This document shows, in pieces, positions 1 to 12,164 of a DNA stretch of 63,317 nucleotides (position 1 is the first letter of the stretch; every line of letters starts with the position of its first letter). The translations under genes were made by a program, and so were the position numbers. The notes below the pieces were generated by a model. It was not told where the DNA came from. It made no database searches and saw only the letters and a list, made by a program, of their open reading frames with translations. Source of the stretch: Octopus bimaculoides (Eukaryota); contig NC_068986.1 in the NCBI RefSeq assembly GCF_001194135.2, positions 13,499,334-13,562,650 on the forward strand. The letters run 5' to 3'.

Positions 1-350
1 GCACTAGTCTGATCTTAAGTACTCTGTCACTTACTCTAACGACCTCGATTACCTTATCCACCCATTTCTCCTCTAGAAGTATTCCTACGCCCCCGACCCC
101 GTCAGTGTTCCCTGCCCAGAAAATCTTGTACCTGTGTTCTTTGCCTGTGAGGAACCTCGCAGAACCTCCTCTCCATCTTACTTCCTGGATGCAGCACATA
201 TCTACGCGTCTCCGTTCAAGCATCTCAACAATTTCACCAGGTCTACCTTTCAGCGTGCCGACGTTGAGAGTGCCAATCCTAACAGTATGGGTGTTGGGGG
301 TGTGGGCCTGTAGCCTGGGAAGGGGAAAAGCAGTGTCGTGTACATATAAG
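1..350 (-). mobile_element. RTE-clade LINE, AP-endonuclease (APE) domain, open frame running off the left edge
   Basis: Minus-strand translation VRIGTLNVGTLKGRPGEIVEMLERRRVDMCCIQEVRWRGGSARFLTGKEHRYKIFWAGNTDGVGGVGILLEEKWVDKVIEVVRVSDRVLKIRLV has the GTLNV and D..CIQE.RW motifs of APE domains. No stops in this frame. It is not in the ORF track. Confidence 0.9.
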
Positions 351-755
351 TGAAATTGAAATCGTGATGGCACCTGTAGCAGTGGAGCACTAAGAGCACC
401 GTCCAAGCGCAATCATTGCCAGAGCAGCTGTCTGTCTTCCGTGCCAGTGGCACATAAATAGCACCATTTGAGCGTGATCGTTGCCAGTGCCACTGGACTG
501 GCTCCTGTGTGGGTGGCATGTAAAATACACCATTTTGAGCATGACTGTTGCCAGTACTGCCTGACTAGCCCTTGTGCCGGTGGCACGTAAAAGCACCCAC
601 TACACTCTCGGAGTGGTTGGCATTAGGAAGGGTATCCAGCTGTAGAAACTCTGCCAGATCAGATTGGAGCCTGGTGTAGCCATCTGGTTCGTCATTCCTC
701 AGTCAAATCGTCCAACCCATGCTAGCATGGAAGGCAGATGTTAAACGATGATGAT
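351..755 (+). mobile_element. RTE LINE 3' UTR with tandem units and (GAT)n tail
   Basis: Repeated GTGGCACRTAAAAGCACC units, then TACACTCTCGGAGTGGTTGGCATTAGGAAGGG...GTTAAACGATGATGAT. The same 3' end follows the RTE ORF at 47495-48381. Confidence 0.8.
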
Positions 756-1117
756 ATATATATAGTAGTAATTTGCAATCACAGTCAGTTGAACTTGTCA
801 TGTTACCAGAACCAAGGGAGATTATCGTGTGTTTCTTGCCGGAAAAATGAAAGTAAACTATGGATGTTAATCTTAATTTTAATTTAATTTTTTGTCTTTA
901 CATATTCCATCTTAGTACATATTTTTGATAAGGTTTTTCAAAAACCGAAACATGTAAAAGGAAAATTAAAATGTACTCAATTTTAAGAAAGTAGCATTTT
1001 CGTTCTTGTTTTCCATAAATATCTACTTGTGTGTTACCTCTANNNNNNNNNNNNNNNNNNNNNNNNNNNNNNNNNNNNNNNNNNNNNNNNNNNNNNNNNN
1101 NNNNNNNNNNNNNNATA

Positions 1118-1281
1118 CAGGGTATCTAAGAGATACCGCCACGCTCTGGAATTATCTTGTTATTTTACTGGTTTATTTGGTCTTCGTCTTTGCTCCTTGT
1201 GCTATGTGGACATTTATTGTGGTTTTAGAGTCAGAATTTGACTGCTATTTTTCAGCGTAGCAGTATCTCTTAGATACCCTG
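1118..1281. mobile_element. Tc1/mariner-type MITE
   Basis: TIRs CAGGGTATCTAAGAGATAC(C/T)GC at both ends, flanked by TA (1116-1117, 1282-1283). Confidence 0.8.
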
Positions 1282-1386
1282 TATTATAATTTTAAATAAT
1301 TATTACCTTTGATGGTTTTTATTCCCATGCTGGCCACTTGATAAGATCAATATTTTAAATATCGATCTTATCCTTATTTATATATA

Positions 1387-1430
<44 letters not shown>

Positions 1431-1444
1431 TATATATATGTATA

Positions 1445-1655
1445 TATATATATATTTCTGTGTCTGTGTTTGTCTCCGCACCATCGCTTGACAACCGATA
1501 TCGGTGTGTTTATGCCCCCGTAACTTAGTGGTTTGGCATGAGGGACTGATAGAATAAGCACTAGGCTTACAATGGATAAGTACTGGGGTCAATTTTTTTC
1601 GATTAAAAGCAGAGCTCCAACATGGCCACAGTCAAATGACTGAAACAAATAAAAG
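1445..1655 (+). mobile_element. CORE-type SINE, 3' half
   Basis: CACCATCGCTTGACAACCGAT...GCATGGCCACAGTCAAATGACTGAAACA matches the 3' half of the family at 19375-19893. Confidence 0.7.
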
Positions 1656-1656
1656 A

Positions 1657-1691
<35 letters not shown>

Positions 1692-1720
1692 AATATATAT
1701 GTATATATATATATATACCC

Positions 1721-2037
1721 TGGCACTCCGTCAGTTTTGACGGTGAGTGATCCTGTTGATCTGATTGATGAAACAGCTTTCTCATGAAATTAGTGTGCAA
1801 GTGACCGAGTGCTCCACAGACGTGTGTACCCTTAACGTAGGGAGATTCAGTATAATGCAGATTGTGACAAGGCCGATCCTTTGAAATACAGACACAGCTC
1901 ATTTTTGCCAGCTGAGTGGACTGTGGCCACATGAAATAAAGTGTCTTGCTCAAGGTCTCAACATGCTGCTGGGTATTGAACTCATGACCTTATGATTGTG
2001 AGGTGAATACCCTAACATCTAAGCCACATGTTTTCAC
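1721..2037 (-). mobile_element. tRNA-derived SINE, family C
   Basis: Reverse complement of the copy at 5303-5612, including the CCTTGAGCAAGACACTTTATTTC and CCACTCAGCTGGCAAAAATGAG blocks. Confidence 0.7.
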
Positions 2038-2212
2038 TACATTACACACACACACACACACATACATATTCAGGCCCATGTATGGCTGTGTGGTTAAGGA
2101 ACTTGCTCTCCAACCATTTGATCTTGGGTTCAGTCCCACGGCATAGCAACTTGGGTAAATGTGTTCTGCATAGCTCCAGGCTAGTCAGAAACTGAAAGAA
2201 GCTCAAACCATA

Positions 2213-3050
2213 ATCAAATGGAAATTGTAGTTGTGGCTGATGCCAGTGCCATCTGACTGGCTCCCATGATGGTGACATGTAATAAGCACCTTTCATGTAT
2301 AGGTCGTTGCCAGTGGCACATAAAAAGCACCATCCAAACGTGGTCGATGCCAGCCCTCTCGCCCCGACTGGCTCCTGTGCCAGTGACATGTAAGAAGCAC
2401 CATCCGAATATGGCTGATGCCAGCTCCGCCTGACTGACTCCCATGCTGGTGACATGCAATAAGCACCTTTCATTCGCGGGTCGTTGTCAGTGCTGCTTGA
2501 CTGGCTTCCTGTGCTGGTAGCATGTAAAAAGCACCATCCAAACGTGGTCAATATCAGCCCCCTCACCCCGACTGGCTCCTGTGTCAGTGGCATGTAAAAA
2601 AGCACCATCCGAATGTGGCTGATGCCACCTTCTCATCCCAACTAGCTCCTGTACCAGTGACACATAAAATACACCATCTGAACGTGGTCGATGCCAGCTC
2701 CCTCGCCCTGACTGGTTCCTGTACCAGTGGCATGTAAAAAGCACCATCCAAATATGGCCGATGCCAGCGACCTCGCTCGGACTGGATCCTGTGCCAGTGG
2801 CATGTAAAAAGCACCATCCGAACGTAGCTGATGCCAGTGCTGCCTGACTGGCTCCCATGCCAGTGGTACGTAAAAAGCACCCACTTACACTTTTGGAGTG
2901 GCTTGACATTAGGAAGGGCATCCAGCTGTAGAAACCTTGCCAGATCAAATTGGAGCCTGGTGTGGCCTCCTGGCTTGCTACACCCCAGTCAAGCTGTCCA
3001 ACCCATGCCAGCATGAAAAACAGACGTCAAATGATGATGATGATGATGAT
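2213..3050 (+). mobile_element. RTE LINE 3' UTR with about 10 tandem 55-65 bp units and (GAT)n tail
   Basis: Unit GTGCCAGTGGCATGTAAAAAGCACCATCC...GACTGGCTCCT, ending in the shared RTE 3' terminus and (GAT)n. Confidence 0.85.
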
Positions 3051-3462
3051 ATATACAAACAGATAGACAGACAGACAGATAGGTAGATGTGTGTATGAGT
3101 GCGAAAATTTGTCTCTTTTACTAAGTATGTTGAATGTAACCCTGTGATTGTGTTGGTGTGAAGCTATAAGAAAATAACAAAAATAGCTTTTATTAAATCT
3201 CTTCATGTCGACGTAAGGTCCACAAAAATTCAAGATAAAAATAACAACTACATCAGCAGCAGCAGCAACAACAACAACAACAACAACAACAACAGCAGCA
3301 GCAGCAGCAGCAATTATGGGTGTGACAGTAATGTTAACACTCTAAAAACCACTAGTTTATTAAACAAGTAGTTGTTTTTGAGCTTAAAGAGATGTCTGCT
3401 TCATTAAATTTTCTCAAATGCTCTAAGAACTCTACAAACTCACTGCCTTAATAATAATAAAG

Positions 3463-3493
<31 letters not shown>

Positions 3494-3724
3494 TCATGAA
3501 TAATGATAATAATAATAATTGGCCTGCAACATCATGTGCTGTTTATCTTGATATGAGGTCACCATGTCATGCACATATGGTTGTGCTGAATAAGCTCAGT
3601 GTACCCTTATCATGCAGGTGGGCAGTCATGATGGGTGTGTTGGTCTTCGTATATTTGTACTCCAGTGCCCACTCATCCAATAACAGCAGCAGCAACAACA
3701 ACTATAATAATGATGATAATAATA

Positions 3725-3922
3725 ATAATCTTTTCTACGCCAGGCACAAGGTCTGAATGTTTTAGGGAGGGGCCAGTTGATTAGATCAATCCCAGTATGC
3801 AACTGGTACTTAATGAAACGCAAAGTTGACCTCAGCAGAATTTGAACTCAGAATGTAAAGACAGACGAAATACCTCTAAGCATTTCACCCGGTGTGCTAA
3901 CGTTTCTGCCAACTTGCCGCCT
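3725..3922 (-). mobile_element. MetaSINE-type SINE (family A)
   Basis: Reverse complement of the family A head and body (GAGTTCAAATTC B-box, AACTTTGC body). Confidence 0.7.
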
Positions 3923-3957
3923 AATGATAATGATGATGATGATGATGATGATGATGA

Positions 3958-4262
3958 TCATCATCATCATCATCATCATCACCATTTAACGTTCATTTTC
4001 CATGCTGGCATTGGTTGGATGGCAAAGTTTCTACAGCTGGATACCCTTCCTAAGCCAACCACTCCGAGAGTGTAGTGGGTACTTTTACGCGCCACCAGCA
4101 CGAGGGCAAGTCAGGCGGTACTGGCAACGATTATGCTCAAATGTTGTTATTCACGTGCCACCGGCACATGTGCCAGTTAGGCGACGCTGGCAACAATCTC
4201 GCTTGAATGGTGCTTTTTATGTGCCACTGGCATGGGAGCCAGTCAGAGACCCTGACAACAAT
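3958..4262 (-). mobile_element. RTE LINE 3' end
   Basis: (CAT)n followed by TTTAACGTTCATTTTCCATGCTGGCAT...ACCACTCCGAGAGTGTAG. Confidence 0.75.
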
Positions 4263-4264
4263 CA

Positions 4265-4500
4265 TGCTCTTCTTCTTCTTTTTTTCTTCTTTTTTTCTTC
4301 TTCTTTTTTTCTTCTTCTTTTTTTTCTTCTTCTTCTTCTTCTTGTCCCCCTTCTTCTTGTCCCCCTTCTTCTCCTCCTCCTTCTTCTTCTTGTCCTTCTT
4401 CTTGTCCTTCTTCTTGTCCTTCTTCTTCTTCTCATTATTATCGAACCTTTACTGGTTAATAAACAAACCATTAATATCCTCCTTCACCTCCTCTTCCTCC
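4265..4500. repeat. (TCT/CTT)n simple repeat
   Basis: Direct reading. It explains the poly-L, poly-F and poly-R ORFs here. Confidence 0.95.
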
Positions 4501-5007
4501 TCATTATTATTATCATCACCATCGTCATTACTATTATTAGTGTTATTATCTTCACTAAAATAACCAACTCCTTGTGAATAATTATCTAAAAAAAAAAAAA
4601 ATTCTTCATGAAACTGAATACAAAAAAATTGCCATCAAAGTTATTTTTCTAGTTCAGTGATTGGTATAATTCTTCTTGCTCTTCTTAATGTCATGCTCTG
4701 ATTTTTTCAGTTGTTTTTTGCCGACTCTGGGTCTATTTTCGCTATTTTAGTATATTTATTGTCTTTTTGGGTTACCGGTTTTAGTTACTGGATTGTGTCT
4801 GTGTTAGAGCACTGATTTGAGGCATTTTAGGTAATCATGCGATGAGCATGGCTAAGCATAGTCATGGCTGTGTGGATGCAGTGTTTGCTTCCCGGCCATC
4901 TGGTTCCATGTTCAATCCCATTGTGCAGTACTTCGGGCAAGTATCTTCTATCAAAGCCTTGGGTCTACCAAAATCTTGTGAGTGGATTTGGCAGACAGAA
5001 GCTGAAA

Positions 5008-5240
5008 GGCGGCGAGCTGGCAGAAACGTTAGCACACCAGGCGAAATGCTTCGTGGTATTTCGTCGGCCGCTAGGTTTTGAGTTCAAATTCCGCCGAGGT
5101 TGACTTTGTCTTTCATCCTTTCGGGGTCGATAAATTAAGTACCAGTTACACATTGGGGTCGATATAATCAACTTAATCCGTTTGTCTGTCCTTGTTTGTC
5201 CCCTCTGTGTGTAGCCCCTTGTGGGCAGTAAAGAAATAAG
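5008..5240 (+). mobile_element. Young MetaSINE-type SINE (family A) nested inside a CORE-type SINE
   Basis: tRNA-like head (AGCTGGCAGAA, GAGTTCAAATTCC) and body GACTTTGTCTTTCATCCTTTCGGGGTCGATAAATTAAGTACCAG resembling the MetaSINE central domain. Flanked by a near-TSD GAA(G/T)CTGAAAG within the CORE-SINE at 4860-5300. Confidence 0.8.
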
Positions 5241-5268
5241 AATCTGAAAGAAGTCGCTTGTGTAAATA

Positions 5269-5302
<34 letters not shown>

Positions 5303-5303
<1 letters not shown>

Positions 5304-5612
5304 TGAAGATGTGTGGCTTAGTGGTTAGGTTGTTTGACCCACAATCATAAGGTCATGAGTTCGATTCCCAGCAGTATGTATGTCCTTGAGCAAGACACTT
5401 TATTTCATGTTTCTCCAATCCACTCAGCTGGCAAAAATGAGTAGTACCGGTATTTCAAGGGGCCAGCCTTGTTGTATTCTGTGTCATGCCGAGTCTCCTT
5501 GTAAACTACATTAAGGGTATGTATGTCTGTGGGGTACTCAGCCACTGGCTTGTTAATTACATGAGCAGGCTGTTCCGTTGATCAAATCAACTGGAAACCT
5601 TGTCTTTGTAAC
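5303..5612 (+). mobile_element. tRNA-derived SINE, family C
   Basis: A-box TGGCTTAGTGG, B-box GAGTTCGATTCCC, then GTCCTTGAGCAAGACACTTTATTTC. Confidence 0.75.
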
Positions 5613-5744
5613 CGACAGTGTCGAGCTGGCAGAAACGTTAGCACAATGGGCGAAATGCTTATTATTATTATTATTATCATCATCAACATGATCATTATTA
5701 TCATTATTATTATTATTACCATTATTATTATTATTATTATCAAG

Positions 5745-5960
5745 TAAGGTGGTGAGCTGGCAAAATCATTAGCATGCTGGACGAAATGCTTAGCGGTATT
5801 TCGTCCGCCTTGACGTTCTGAGTTCAAATCCTGCCGAGGTCGACTTTGCCTTTCATCCTTTCAGGGTTGATAAAATAAGTACCAATGAAACACTGGGGGT
5901 TGATGTAATCGATTGGTCTCTCCCCCACCCAAAATTTGAGGCCTCCAGTAGAAAGGATAT
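5745..5960 (+). mobile_element. MetaSINE-type SINE (family A)
   Basis: Matches 5008-5240. Further copies at about 6470-6630 (-), 11740-11950, 11975-12160, 14906-15120, 15135-15347, 23130-23340, 23365-23575 and 24018-24110. Confidence 0.8.
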
Positions 5961-6739
5961 AAAGGGAAGGAATGTTTCCTGCACACACACACGTACACTT
6001 ATATATGTACACACACATGTATACACACATGTATACACACTCAGAATTTCACACATACATGCAGACACATGTGTTCATGCATACAGGCACACCCTTACGC
6101 ACACACACATGCATGTCCACACACACACGTCTTATTATTAAGATCATTAACATGGGTTAGATAGAATTTGTCAAGGCAGATATTCTATGACTAGATTGTC
6201 CTGACATCTCAGAAGACTGGAGCAATGTTAAAAGAAGTGTCTCACTTAAAAACACAACGGACCACCTGGCCCAAAAACTGAAACCACAATCTTACAATTT
6301 TGAATGCAGCACCCTAACCACTGGTCCAAATGTTTTCACATTTACAAAAGCACAGTGAATAAACCAATGGAACAATGCTCATTGAACATAATGGTTAGGA
6401 ATCGTCTATGCACATCTTGGTGGATAATGTAACAAAGATAGCGCAAGGAAATTAATCACTGCAGATAACTGATTTCCAATTTTGGCACAAGGCCAGCAAT
6501 TTCGGGGAAGGAGGAAATTGATTGCATCCACCCCAGCGCTCAGCTGGTACTTATTTTATCGACCCCCGAAAGGATGAAAAACAAAGTTGACCTTGGCGGA
6601 ATTTGAACTCAGAATGTAAAGATGGCTGAAATAATCACTGCAGATAATTAATGTGTATTATTGGCCATTACAAGTAAAGATTAGTGCCTTTCGTTGACTA
6701 TGACATAAACATCTTTTATTTTTTACTTCCTACTTCATT

Positions 6740-7165
6740 CAGTCATTAAACTGTGGCCATGCTGGAGCACCACCTTAATGAAGTTAATCGAAGAAATTGA
6801 TGCCAGCAGTTATTTTTTTTAAAGCCTGGTGCTTATTCAGTTGGTCTTTTTTGCCAAACTGCTAATATACAAGGATGTAAACGTACCAACACTGGCTGTC
6901 TAGCAGTGATTGGAAACAAACACAGACACAAAGACACACAAACTTACACAATTACACACATACACACATACGCATGCACATACACACACGTGTACATGTT
7001 TATGTACTATGGGCTTCTTTCAGTTTCTATCTACCAAATCCACTCACAAGGTGTTGGCTGGCCTGAAGCTATATAGTAGAAAACACTTGCCCAAGGTGCC
7101 ACACAGTGGGACTGAACTTGGAACCATGTGGGAAGCAAACTTCTTGCCTTACAGCCATGCCTGCA
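6740..7165 (-). mobile_element. CORE-type SINE, near full length
   Basis: Reverse complement of tRNA head, CACCTTGGGCAAGTG core, internal (CA)n and 3' half. Confidence 0.75.
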
Positions 7166-7347
7166 CCTGTTACTTAAAAGTGGTGGTCATTTTGTGGTGG
7201 TCATTCAGCAGCACCTGAACACTCGTACATCATCTTCGATAGGAGATTCCATTGCATTATATTCATGTATATATGTATGTATATACATATGTATATCTAT
7301 ATCTATCTATCTAGCCATGTGCACACACACACACACACACACACATC

Positions 7348-7668
7348 TGAATGTTCTCTTCTGTTTTCAATTATCTGAAATCTTCCCTTGAGGAAGGAGC
7401 TGGTTTCTAACATAAATACAAAGTTACATTGCTAGAATGTAGATAACAGAAACAAATTAATTTTAAACTTGACATAAGTCTCGCACATTTTTACTGTTCC
7501 ACTTACAGATTGTACTTGTAATGTGCGAATTAGCCTACTGATTTTCTTTTTTTTTTCTTCTGACAACTGCAGCTTATCTAGATTGTCACTTAAACTTTTA
7601 TTCACGAAACCAAGTGCCCCAATTACAATTGGTGTAAATATGAATTTATAATCTGGATATAGAAGCTG
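7348..7668 (-). mobile_element. R4/Dong-type (RLE) LINE 3' fragment
   Basis: LQLLYPDYKFIFTPIVIGALGFVNKSLSDNLDKL...LIRTLQVQSVSGTVKMC is an RLE C-terminus, followed by a short 3' UTR. The 5' junction abuts (CATA)n. Confidence 0.75.
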
Positions 7669-8442
7669 GAGTATGTATGTATGTATGTATGTATTATGTA
7701 GGTATGGTTTTTTTGTATGTATGTATGTATGTATGTATATATGTATTATGTAGGTATGGTTTTTTTGTATGTATGTATGTGTGTATGTATTATGTATGTA
7801 TTGTTTCTTTTGTATGTACATAAGCATGTGTGTGTGTGTGTGTATATGAGTGTAAATATGGAAGTATGGACGTAGATATACATGTTAAGTGCACTGTTGT
7901 GGATGTAGGCGTATATAGGAATATATATGTTTCTGCTTCCTATAGATTTTGCAGTTATTCAAGTCTTAAACGTTTTTCTTGCCTATAAAAGGAATACCAG
8001 CCTTTGTGTTGCCATCTTGGCTATTTAAGGAATGTCCAAAACATATAAATATCTCATAAAGACAGAAATGGGATTGTTTTGAACTGTGCTACATCGGTAC
8101 TAATAATGATACAATGATGTTTGTTAGTTGGTGTCATTTAACTCTAGATCAGCCACTGTCAAGTAGATCATTCATGAACAAAGGTATTCCATTCATGCCC
8201 ATCATGACATTTTTTCCACCACATATCTATCGATGTGTGGGTGTGTGTGTGTGTGTGCATGTGTGTAATTAAATAAGTTGTCTTGCAACCATATGATTCT
8301 CGGTTCAATCCCCTGTGCAGCAACTTAGCGAATGTCTGCAGTGAAAGTCTTGGTTAGCCAGTATCATTTGGGTTGAGTGGAAGTATGTTGTGTATGTGTT
8401 TAAATATATATATATATATGTATGTATATATATAGTTATATG

Positions 8443-8484
<42 letters not shown>

Positions 8485-8534
8485 TATAGATATATATAAA
8501 TATATAGATATATAAATATATATGTATGTATGTG

Positions 8535-8591
<57 letters not shown>

Positions 8592-8793
8592 GTATCTATC
8601 TATCTATCTATCTATCATTCGAATTTACAAAAGATGAAGACAGGTGCGTAAACAACAAACAGGTGTATTAATTTAATGAGAAAGGTGAGAAAGTTGTTTT
8701 ACGTTTTGAGCCTACGCTCTTCAACAGAAAGGAACATGAGAAAATAAATGGAGAGAGAATAAAAAAAGAAATACATATATACACTTCAAAGTT

Positions 8794-8832
<39 letters not shown>

Positions 8833-9645
8833 NNNNNNNNNNNNNNNNNNNNNNNNNNNNNNNNNNNNNNNNNNNNNNNNNNNNNNNNNNNNNNNNNNNN
8901 NNNNNNNNNNNNNNNNNNNNNNNNNNNNNNNNNNNNNNNNNNNNNNNNNNNNNNNNNNNNNNNNNNNNNNNNNNNNNNNNNNNNNNNNNNNNNNNNNNNN
9001 NNNNNNNNNNNNNNNNNNNNNNNNNNNNNNNNNNNNNNNNNNNNNNNNNNNNNNNNNNNNNNNNNNNNNNNNNNNNNNNNNNNNNNNNNNNNNNNNNNNN
9101 NNNNNNNNNNNNNNNNNNNNNNNNNNNNNNNNNNNNNNNNNNNNNNNNNNNNNNNNNNNNNNNNNNNNNNNNNNNNNNNNNNNNNNNNNNNNNNNNNNNN
9201 NNNNNNNNNNNNNNNNNNNNNNNNNNNNNNNNNNNNNNNNNNNNNNNNNNNNNNNNNNNNNNNNNNNNNNNNNNNNNNNNNNNNNNNNNNNNNNNNNNNN
9301 NNNNNNNNNNNNNNNNNNNNNNNNNNNNNNNNNNNNNNNNNNNNNNNNNNNNNNNNNNNNNNNNNNNNNNNNNNNNNNNNNNNNNNNNNNNNNNNNNNNN
9401 NNNNNNNNNNNNNNNNNNNNNNNNNNNNNNNNNNNNNNNNNNNNNNNNNNNNNNNNNNNNNNNNNNNNNNNNNNNNNNNNNNNNNNNNNNNNNNNNNNNN
9501 NNNNNNNNNNNNNNNNNNNNNNNNNNNNNNNNNNNNNNNNNNNNNNNNNNNNNNNNNNNNNNNNNNNNNNNNNNNNNNNNNNNNNNNNNNNNNNNNNNNN
9601 NNNNNNNNNNNNNNNNNNNNNNNNNNNNNNNNNNNNNNNNNNNNN

Positions 9646-9690
<45 letters not shown>

Positions 9691-10335
9691 GTATATATAT
9701 ACATATATATATATATATACATGCTTGTATACAAACATATATAACAATGTGAATGTATATATGTGTATATATAGATACATACATACATGCATGCATGCAT
9801 GCATACATAAGCACATACATACATACATAGATATACATATACATACATATCCACATGCATACATACAAAAATATATGCATTCACATTTATACATTCACAT
9901 TTATACATACAGAAATATACACATACATACACATCCACATTTATACATACAGCAATGCATACCTAGATACACACATACATACATATCCCCATTTATACAT
10001 AGAGAAATACATACATATAAAGATGCTTACTCATATACATACCTACCTAATATATATTTATCTTTTAATCAGCACTTACCAAACTTCCGAGTTCTCTTCA
10101 TTAAAGAACAAGGAAGAGAAAAAAGCTACATTCACTTTAGTGTTCAGTGCATTGTATGATACAGTTTCATAATTTATTCATAAAGTTTATCCTTCTCCAA
10201 GCAGCACAGGAAACCGACATTAAATGGTGATGGTGGTGATGAGAATGATGATGATGATGTTGTTGTTGGTTCTCTGACATAGGGTATCAGCAGAAGAGAA
10301 ATCATTTTTTGTCTATGCAAAGGAATTTAAAACAT

Positions 10336-10650
10336 CATTAGGTAGAGGGGATCTGAAAGAGGTCTCAGAGTGTAGCGTCCCTGCCTTCCTGAGCTAGTTT
10401 TCCACCACATTATATGTAGGGGGACTCTGAAAGGGGTCTCCGGGAGTAGCGTTCCTGCCTTCCTGAGCTAGTTTTCCACCACATTATATGTAGGGGGACT
10501 CTGAAAGGGGTCTCCGGGAGTAGCATTCCTGCCTTCCTGAGCTAGTTTTCCACCACATTATAGGTAGGTGGGCTCTGAAAGGGGTCTCAAGGAGTAGCGT
10601 CCCTGCCTTCCTGAGCTAGTTTTCTACCACATTATAGGTAGTGGGGCTCC
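10336..10650. repeat. 74-bp minisatellite, about 4 copies
   Basis: GTAGC anchors at 10372, 10446, 10520 and 10594. Unit core CCTGCCTTCCTGAGCTAGTTTTCCACCACATTA. Confidence 0.95.
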
Positions 10651-10793
10651 CATTATGTACTGTGCCACATCTTCCTTGGTTGTTTGATGGGGATTTTCTC
10701 CAATATTTCTTGTTTGATGTTTGTATATGTATTCAATAACAGTTGGATTCTCTGCATTTATGTCAAGAAGAGTTTTTATTTTGAATGGCATTA

Positions 10794-11170
10794 TACAGGG
10801 TTATTCAAAAAGAAGGAGCAGATTTAAAATTTATTTTTAAAACAAACAGCAAGAGACACAAACACATTCTCCATATTTCTTGATAGGGGAAGGTTTGAAA
10901 TTTATTTTAAGGTAGTATGCACTCAACATGAGCTCCTTGTGTTGTTCGACAAACATCGAAACCTTTTTCTGTAAAATTTTTATGCCATTCAGAAATTTTC
11001 TTGTGATGAGGTGGATTTTTATTGAATTGAAGGCAAAATTCACATTGCACTTGTACAATTGATTTGCATTTCTCAAACTTCAGCACACAAAAAGACTTTT
11101 CTTGTGGCGTCACCATTTTCTAAGGGATTACACAAATGAAAATTATACAACTTTAAATAAAATGAACAAA
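10794..11170 (-). mobile_element. Tc1/mariner remnant with N-terminal HTH of the transposase
   Basis: MVTPQEKSFCVLKFEKCKSIVQVQCEFCLQFNKNPPHHKKISEWHKNFTEKG resembles a mariner-like (DUF4817-type) N-terminus. TA-CAGGGTTATTCAAAAAG end at about 10794. Confidence 0.7.
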
Positions 11171-11176
11171 ATGAAA

Positions 11177-11548
11177 CATCATCATCATCGTTTAACGTCT
11201 GCTTTCCATGCTAACATGGGTTGGACGATTTGACTGAGGAATGGGGAACCAGATGGCTGCCCCAAGCTCCAATCTGATCTGGCAGAATTTCTATGGCTGG
11301 ATGCCCTTCCTAACGCCAACCACTCCGAGAGTGTAGTGGGTGCTTTTACGTGCCACTGGCACGAGGGCCAGTCACGAGGTACTGGCAATGGCCACGCTCA
11401 AAATAGTGTTTTTTACATGCCATCTGCACAGGAGCCAGTCCAGTGGCACTAGCAACAACCTCGATCGAATGATTTTCTGACGTGCCACCAGCACAAGTGC
11501 TAGTAAGGCAATGCTGGTAACGATCACACTCAAATGGTGCTATTTACA
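11177..11548 (-). mobile_element. RTE LINE 3' end
   Basis: (CAT)n followed by CGTTTAACGTCTGCTTTCCATGC...ACCACTCCGAGAGTGTAG and the tandem units. Confidence 0.8.
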
Positions 11549-11679
11549 GCTGCTCTGACATTAAAACAAAATTAGAATATTATTTTATTTAAGGCTTAAT
11601 TCAATTGATCATGTTCAGCTATAAACTTTAAACCTTCCCCTATAAAGAAATATGTAGAATGTCAAGCAGTGATAAAACA

Positions 11680-11723
<44 letters not shown>

Positions 11724-12164
11724 AATAACAACCCTTGGATCGAAGCTGGCAGAAATGTTAGCACGCCAGGCGAAATGCTAAACGGTATTTCGTCAGTGTT
11801 TACGTCCTGAGTTCAAATTCCGCCGAGGTTGACTTTGCCTTTCATCCTTTTGGGGTTGATGAATTAAGTATCAGTTGCATACTGGGGCCGATCTAATTGA
11901 CTGGCCCCCTCCCCAAAAATTTTAGGCCTTGTGCCTAGAGTAGAAAAGAATATAACCATTTTCTACGGTGGTGAATATCATTAGCATATCATGCAAGATG
12001 CTTTGCAACATTTTGACCGACTACGTTCTAAGTTCAAATTTCACTGAAGTTGACTTTGTCATTCATCCTTTTGGGGCTGATTAAATCAGTACCAGTTGAG
12101 TCCTGGGGTTGATGTAATCAACTTACCACCTACACTCAAATTTCTGATCTTGTGCCAGCCAAAA

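Noticed and set aside
2213-2890. CRISPR-like repeat/spacer array
   Set aside because: Eukaryotic context. The spacers resemble each other and the array runs into the RTE 3' terminus and (GAT)n tail.
4002-4577. Leu/Phe-rich membrane-protein-like ORFs (also 55915-56691)
   Set aside because: Translations of (TCT)n and CT-rich tracts.
5008-5100. tRNA genes
   Set aside because: The A/B boxes belong to SINE heads. No complete cloverleaf was found.
8695-8735. Third hammerhead-like motif (minus strand CTGTTGA-A-GAGC-GTAG-GCTC-AAAA-CGTA)
   Set aside because: Core positions A6 and G12 are altered and stem I is only about 3 bp. At most a dead remnant.
8668-10172. Long ORFs across N gaps and (TA)/(TG)/(CATA) repeats (also at 16.5-17.1, 40.6-42, 45.2-47.2, 49-53.5, 55.1-55.9 and 59.9-60.9 kb)
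   Set aside because: They are open only because of Ns or stop-free microsatellites.
10280-10341. Possible small exon VSAEEKSFFVYAKEFKTSL
   Set aside because: Splice signals are weak, it abuts the minisatellite, and no compatible neighbouring exon was found.
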